Source of the DNA: Deltaproteobacteria bacterium HGW-Deltaproteobacteria-15
GTDB taxonomy: Bacteria; Desulfobacterota; DSM-4660; Desulfatiglandales; HGW-15
Assembly (NCBI GenBank): GCA_002840535.1
Contig: PHBH01000026.1
Location: 11,083-75,082 of the forward strand
Length of the DNA: 64,000 bases
Direction: 5' to 3'
Below the pieces are notes generated by a model. That model did not search any database and was not told where the DNA came from. It saw nothing but the letters and a program-made list of their open reading frames with translations. This document shows, piece after piece, positions 58,954-64,000 of the stretch (position 1 is its first letter; the number at the start of each line of letters is the position of its first letter). The translations under genes and the position numbers were made by a program.

Positions 58954-59053
58954 TCCATAAAGAAATTGGGAAGTGGGAATTCGGAAGTGCGAAGTCGGAA
59001 GTTGGAACTGAGATCTTTGCTTTCCGCCTTCCGACTCCCGCCTTAAGATTTTC

Positions 59054-60493
59054 TTACTGCGCCCTTTTTTTGAGTCTCCCCATCTCGTCTTTGATGGTAG
59101 CCATATTATCGTTGACCTTTTTCTGCAAAGGGGAAGAGGGGTACTTGTCAAGAAGCGCCTTGAGAATGTTGTAGGAAGAGACCAGGAGTTCCTCCTTTTT
59201 GGAAAGATCCGTCTCGGCCCTGGCCATCAGGTAGAGTTTCGCAGCCCTGTTCCTCTCTTTATTGATCAGTTTCTCCGTGGCCATTTCTTTCAGAGAAGCG
59301 ACTTCAGCCGAAGCGCTCCCTTCCCGCTGGAGTTCATCAAGCCTTGCCACGGCCTCTGTGAAATTCTCTTGCTCGACCAATTTCTTAGCAAGAATCAGTC
59401 GTTCGCTTTCGAGCATTGCTTTCTCTGTTCTCAGCTCATCTTCCGATTTCTCCGGTAAAAGCTCTCCCCTGTCTCGCGCGAGTTCTCTCTTTTCCTGTGC
59501 AAGCTCCACCTCACGCATGGCTGCATCGATAGCTTCTGTCTGCGGGCCCTGAGGGAACCGGATTCTTTGTTGCAGGAGGAGAAACTTGGCTTTTGTGAAT
59601 TCTCCTCTCAGGACAAGGTCCCGCACCTCTGCCAGGGCGGTCTCTATGGATTCGGGACTCCCTGGAGTGGAACTATCCTCGTAGGCGAGGGGAGGCGCGA
59701 TAGACGGTGGAGCGGTTTCGGTTGGACTTTCTGCCTTTTCCTGAAAGCCCATCCTCTCTCGGGCTTCTTTCAGCAGCGCTTCCTTTTCAGCAACACGCTG
59801 GGTCAATTCCTTCAGGCCTTCTTCAGCGCTCTTGCCCTGGCCCATTGCAATCTGCCACTCGAGGATATATGCGCGCAGATTCACCAGGTCGGGTCTCTTT
59901 TCGAGATCCCTGACAATGGACTCTCCCGAGGAAACGGCCTCTGCCAGTCTTCCCTGTTTTGCCAGAGAGATGGAGTAGAGGAGACCTATTTCGGGGGTAA
60001 GGGCCTCTTCCCCGAACAAATCACGCAACGCAATCGACTTCTCCACCACCATTCCGTGGTTGGCGTCGAGGTAATCCTGAATGATCTCTTTTCTCCTGGA
60101 GGTGTACTGATCGATTATCCTGGAAAATTCATCTCCTTCCTTGCTCTCTCTCAGAAAATATGCCTCGTCGATCTTGCTGAGGGATTCGAAGAGGAGGCGA
60201 ATAATCCTCTGCCTGTCTCCTTCGGCCATGGGGGGTTGGAGGGTGGCCCCGATCATCTGATAGGAATTCAGAAGATCCATGGCGACTTTCCTTTCGCTCT
60301 CCCCCATCCTGGTCTGCTCCAGTCTTCCTGCAAGACGAGCGGTCCTCGCTTCGACCTCTGCAGAGGAAATCGGCAGGGGCAAGGTGATATCTCTTCCAGG
60401 GGCGACGGCCTCTCTCGTTACCGGGGACGCACATCCCCCTATGAGAGCCGAAGCGAGCACCGCTGCGATCAGGCTAATTCTGCTCTTTACCAT
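59054..60493 (-). CDS. lipoprotein with helical-repeat body
   Basis: ATG 8 nt after GGAGG. LIAAVLASALIGGC lipobox. Confidence 0.6.
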   Translation of the reverse strand: MVKSRISLIAAVLASALIGGCASPVTREAVAPGRDITLPLPISSAEVEARTARLAGRLEQTRMGESERKVAMDLLNSYQMIGATLQPPMAEGDRQRIIRLLFESLSKIDEAYFLRESKEGDEFSRIIDQYTSRRKEIIQDYLDANHGMVVEKSIALRDLFGEEALTPEIGLLYSISLAKQGRLAEAVSSGESIVRDLEKRPDLVNLRAYILEWQIAMGQGKSAEEGLKELTQRVAEKEALLKEARERMGFQEKAESPTETAPPSIAPPLAYEDSSTPGSPESIETALAEVRDLVLRGEFTKAKFLLLQQRIRFPQGPQTEAIDAAMREVELAQEKRELARDRGELLPEKSEDELRTEKAMLESERLILAKKLVEQENFTEAVARLDELQREGSASAEVASLKEMATEKLINKERNRAAKLYLMARAETDLSKKEELLVSSYNILKALLDKYPSSPLQKKVNDNMATIKDEMGRLKKRAQ

Positions 60494-63400
60494 GTTGAGC
60501 TCCTCCCATGGGCTCAAATACCCTCTTCAGTATGAGCCGACTGCCTCCGGATTCCACATCTCCAAGGACCCGGAGATGACCTGCCGGCGATTCATGTACT
60601 TGAACATTCAGGGGCAGACCGCTCCCGGAAGATATGGTCACCTCCCGGAATTCGTTGTAACCATATCTGGGAAAGGATTGAAGGTCAAAGGCCAAATCCG
60701 CGGCCTGAACGGCTTTTTTATAGATGCTCCCGTTGACGATGGCATTCCCGGTATCGACCCAGAGAGGCAGGGCGCCGGAAGATCCATAGATCACGATATG
60801 CTTTCCCTTCATAGGCCGGTTGTCGTCATACCCGACGTAACTGGCTATCACGTATCCTTCCTTGATGTCCAGGGTACCACTCTGCTCGTTCGGACCCGGA
60901 AGAAATCCCACGAAGCTTGAATTCGTATACTTGTTGGAAGTACCGGTTTTCCCGAAAACGGGGAGAGGGATATTCACCTTCCGTCCTTCAAGATCCATGG
61001 CGAGTTGAACAGAATCTTTTGCGGCCCTCCCGGTTCCCCGAATCATGACCATACGAAGGATATCCGAAATCATTCCGCAAACCCTTTCGGAAAAGATCCT
61101 TTCCGCTTTAGGCTTGTATTCCCAGATAACGCTTCCCTGCCGGTCTTCGATTCTGGTGATGATGGGCAGCATGGCGGCTGATTCTATCCCCTCGAGAGAA
61201 TACCGATGTCCGGTCATCATGGACTGATACGCCAGTGCGGCTTCGACAATGCTGATGGAATTGGCGCCCAAAGGAAAGGAGAGCACAGGATCGAGCTTGG
61301 TGGTGATGCCGATCCTTTCGGAAAGGCGCGTCACGTAGATGAGGTTCACGAGTCTCTTGAAATCGCTCAGCCGGTAAAGGAGTTCCGAATCATACTTCCT
61401 GTAGCCTTTCAATCTCGCATAGATATTTTCGGAATGAGCCTGAAGGGAGTCGAGGACCCTGGATGGCATCAAGCCATCGATCCATATGGTCTCGGGATCG
61501 ACCACTCTCTCTCCCGTCTGCAGCTCCTCGGTCAGGGTGGTGAGAGAAGCGTTTTCAATCAGATTTCTGGATTCGGAATAGATAATCCTTCCACGTGAGG
61601 AATCCACATAGAAATTGGACAGGTCTCCTGCAGCGAGGCTTGCTCTGTCGGCACTCGCAGGAGAGAGAAGAGACCCGCCGATTTCCTTCAGGCGGCGCTT
61701 CATGGACTGGTTCAGCGCCTGGAGCCTGAGAAAACTCCAGCGATAGATCTGTGCATCCAGTTCGCCCTCCACCAGAAAGTCGCCGGGATCTATCTTATAG
61801 TGGAGGCGGGAGATATCGGACATGAGTCCCTCGTGACCCCCGAATATCAGGTCGGCTTCAATCTCCTTTTTGGATTCCTCGAACGCGGCTTCCCGCACAT
61901 CCTCATCGGTCGCCATGATACCGAAACGGTCTCGAACCCTGGCGGTGTATTCCTCGTAAGTCTCTGTGGTCTTACGGCTGAGTCCAAGCGATTCGACGAG
62001 CTCTCGGAATTCATTCATGCTGAGCCGGTCGGTCAGGTGATAAAGGAGCCACACAGTTGCCAGGTTCTCGGATTTGACCCCGGCCCACAAGATGGAGACC
62101 CTGTCGGATTCCGGATCGTGGTCAGGGTTTGGAACATAGAAGGTCGATTCAAAGGGGTAGATGTCCTTGATGTTCTGCAGTGGATCGAGGGTATTCCATT
62201 TCAGTTCGAGGGCCGCCGCATACACTATGGTCTTGAAGATCGAGCCCAATTGTCGCTTCGCATCCACGGCGCGGTTGAAGAAACGGTCGAAGAAGCCGCC
62301 CACCATCGCCTTGATCAATCCTTTCCTCAGGACGACTATTCCCCCTTCCAGGGAAGGCACCTTGGTGAGCATCATCCTTATCATTCCGGAATCGTCGACC
62401 GTTGCGGTTGCTTCGAGCGCCACCACGTCGCCTACCTGAAAGGAGGCCAGGAATTCCGGCACATGCTTCTTCGTGAAATCCGCCCACGGACCGTGTTTTC
62501 CCTTGCGCAATGCTTCCCCCAGCGACCGCAACCCTTCGTAATCGATTACTCCCTCGCCCCCGTCCCACGAAACGAAAATGCCGGGGTTCTCCTTGTCATT
62601 TCTGATTTCGGTGATGCGACCGAAGAAGGGGATCTCTTCGCCTTTCTGTCGTCTGAAAGGATCTCCCACCAGTTCTCTGTATTTTTCAAGGTAACTCTCT
62701 CCGCCAAGGCCGGTGAGCTTGACATCCAGGGCAGGCAGGTGTTTTCTCAGGCTCTTCAGCGCGCCCTCCTGGATTTCCTTGTTGATCGAGGTGTAAATCC
62801 TGATGCCGGAGGTGGCGATATTGTCCACCCCCTGCTCGTCAAGAATTGCCTTGAAGTAATCGGAGTCGAGCTGGTCTTTGATATAGTCCAGGACTACGTT
62901 CAACCTGTAAGTCACCCTTCCTTCCTTGAAGGGTACCTCCTTTTCGAGCGCCTCCTGGTATTCCGAATTGGTGATAAAATTGAGTTCCAGCATGTTGCCG
63001 AGCACATAGTCCTTCCGGAGCTTGGCCTGCTTCATGGCCTCCCTTTTCTCGGCTTTGATCTTTTTGATAAAGGGGTTGTATTTGTTCGGGCTCTTCACAG
63101 ACCCTGCAATAAAGGCCGATTCCACCAGATCCAGGTCTTCCGCATCCTTGTCAAAGAAGTACCTCCCGGCTATCCGAAGCCCGCTTCCGAAGCCGGTGAC
63201 AAAGAACTGGTTGGCGTACATCTCCAGGATTTCCTCTTTGGAGTATTCCTTTTCGAGCAGGAGCGACTGCATGAGCTCCTTCATTTTGGCTACATAGGAC
63301 CTCTTCTCCCTCTTGAAGATGTTCTTGGCGGTCTGCTGAGTGAGTGTGCTTCCTCCCTGCGCGATGCGGCCCGCCTTGAAATTTGCGATAAATGCGCGCA

Positions 63401-63746
63401 CAACGGCGCTCGGATCCACGCCGTAATGGCTGAAGAACGTCTTGTCTTCCGCTGCGACGAGCGCCTTGACGAAATACGGGGGTATGTCCTTGTACCGGAT
63501 GTATTTCCTGTGCATCTTCTCAAAGAAGACGCCGATTACGGATTTTCCATCATCGTAGTACACAGGGCTTTCGGAAAAGATAAGGCTGTCTATGATTCCT
63601 CTCTCCATCCTGGTTGCCGCCTCCTCTGAGACAGCCTTATAGAAGAGGAGCAGGAAAGCGGCCGATCCGAGCACCACCACGAGCAATGAAATAATGACGC
63701 CTCTCAGAATCCATCGTTTCATGACTGGCTCAACCGACCTCCACAA
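60474..63746 (-). CDS. class A penicillin-binding protein (PBP1A-like, enlarged)
   Basis: N-terminal TM segment. GT51 motifs EDKTFFSHYG and GGSTLTQQTAKN. Transpeptidase SIFKT and KTGTS. Confidence 0.85.
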   Translation of the reverse strand: MWRSVEPVMKRWILRGVIISLLVVVLGSAAFLLLFYKAVSEEAATRMERGIIDSLIFSESPVYYDDGKSVIGVFFEKMHRKYIRYKDIPPYFVKALVAAEDKTFFSHYGVDPSAVVRAFIANFKAGRIAQGGSTLTQQTAKNIFKREKRSYVAKMKELMQSLLLEKEYSKEEILEMYANQFFVTGFGSGLRIAGRYFFDKDAEDLDLVESAFIAGSVKSPNKYNPFIKKIKAEKREAMKQAKLRKDYVLGNMLELNFITNSEYQEALEKEVPFKEGRVTYRLNVVLDYIKDQLDSDYFKAILDEQGVDNIATSGIRIYTSINKEIQEGALKSLRKHLPALDVKLTGLGGESYLEKYRELVGDPFRRQKGEEIPFFGRITEIRNDKENPGIFVSWDGGEGVIDYEGLRSLGEALRKGKHGPWADFTKKHVPEFLASFQVGDVVALEATATVDDSGMIRMMLTKVPSLEGGIVVLRKGLIKAMVGGFFDRFFNRAVDAKRQLGSIFKTIVYAAALELKWNTLDPLQNIKDIYPFESTFYVPNPDHDPESDRVSILWAGVKSENLATVWLLYHLTDRLSMNEFRELVESLGLSRKTTETYEEYTARVRDRFGIMATDEDVREAAFEESKKEIEADLIFGGHEGLMSDISRLHYKIDPGDFLVEGELDAQIYRWSFLRLQALNQSMKRRLKEIGGSLLSPASADRASLAAGDLSNFYVDSSRGRIIYSESRNLIENASLTTLTEELQTGERVVDPETIWIDGLMPSRVLDSLQAHSENIYARLKGYRKYDSELLYRLSDFKRLVNLIYVTRLSERIGITTKLDPVLSFPLGANSISIVEAALAYQSMMTGHRYSLEGIESAAMLPIITRIEDRQGSVIWEYKPKAERIFSERVCGMISDILRMVMIRGTGRAAKDSVQLAMDLEGRKVNIPLPVFGKTGTSNKYTNSSFVGFLPGPNEQSGTLDIKEGYVIASYVGYDDNRPMKGKHIVIYGSSGALPLWVDTGNAIVNGSIYKKAVQAADLAFDLQSFPRYGYNEFREVTISSGSGLPLNVQVHESPAGHLRVLGDVESGGSRLILKRVFEPMGGAQHGKEQN

Positions 63747-64000
63747 GGGGCTTTTCCTCGCTTTCGCATGTGAGCGCCCCCGACAACAGCATTCCCCTGA
63801 GGATCCGCTTCAGATCCAACCCCTTGCACTTCAACCCTTCCCGTCCGTAATTCATGTTCGCCTCAATGACATACCATTTTCCACCGGAGTGGATGAGATC
63901 CAGCCCTGCATCGTTGAACCTGCACTTCCGGGCAACCGTGCGGGCTGTCTCCAACCCCTCGTGCGGAATCCCTTTGAAGTCGATCGTACCGCCCTGAAAT
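63730..64000 (-). CDS. ATP-grasp-fold protein, C-terminal part (5-prime end outside window)
   Basis: The frame is open to the window edge. GGKWYVIEANMNYG is typical of the ATP-grasp C-terminal lobe. Confidence 0.5.
   Translation of the reverse strand, partial: FQGGTIDFKGIPHEGLETARTVARKCRFNDAGLDLIHSGGKWYVIEANMNYGREGLKCKGLDLKRILRGMLLSGALTCESEEKPLVEVG

Noticed and set aside
58954-59012. GGAAGT-rich short repeats (CGGAAGTGCGAAGTCGGAAGTTGG) upstream of the PfkB kinase start, partly resembling the selC acceptor end.
   Set aside because: The match to selC is only about 8 nt and is not at an island boundary. Probably a low-complexity leader or operator. There is not enough to call a feature.
61800-63629. 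609-aa plus-strand ORF (also 59567-60535, 6188-6811, 8324-8806, 45558-46190 and similar).
   Set aside because: These are antisense shadow ORFs opposite well-supported genes in high-GC DNA. Their composition is biased toward Arg, Gly, Pro and His. They have no motifs and no RBS.

Overview
The window is high-GC bacterial chromosome, apparently from an anaerobe (my inference). It is interrupted by about 40 kb of horizontally acquired DNA inserted at the selenocysteine tRNA gene.

Left core (1-11.9 kb): an Slp-like lipoprotein, an RRM RNA-binding protein, a DEAD-box helicase, a PAS histidine kinase and a GNAT acetyltransferase. It also carries a Tat-exported selenocysteine formate dehydrogenase operon (alpha with in-frame UGA, beta, FdhE). 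The ORF track splits the alpha subunit at its UGA.

Right core (51.7-64 kb): tRNA-Sec (selC, minus strand), asd, a Sir2-type deacetylase, an MBL hydrolase, a ferritin-like protein, an M29 aminopeptidase, a PfkB kinase, a lipoprotein, a large class-A PBP and a partial ATP-grasp gene.

Between them, two integrative islands are stacked in tandem. They are delimited by exact copies of the selC 3-prime end: 24 bp at 11929-11952 and 67 bp at 22057-22123.
- Island A (about 11.95-22.06 kb) is visibly AT-rich. It has two tyrosine recombinases, a cold-shock-domain protein, and a 475-aa protein with polymerase-palm-like motifs.
- Island B (about 22.1-51.7 kb) has an integrase next to selC and a satellite/plasmid-like replication module (AlpA-like HTH, replisome-organizer-like protein, primase-helicase, iteron-like repeats).
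- Island B also carries dense conflict-type cargo:
  - an AIPR protein;
  - a DUF1883-TIR / DUF2971 / nucleotidyltransferase-PD-(D/E)xK gene row;
  - a leaderless (probably cytoplasmic) trypsin-like protease;
  - a translationally coupled three-gene operon of unknowns;
  - an atypical restriction-modification operon whose helicase has a GIY-YIG-like (T5orf172) N-terminus;
  - a thermonuclease;
  - a zinc-ribbon-XRE protein next to a cpYpsA/SLOG protein;
  - a further PD-(D/E)xK-like protein.

The best candidates for undescribed systems are the TIR/DUF2971/NTase-nuclease row and the three-gene operon. All family assignments come from motif recognition by eye. No database search was run.
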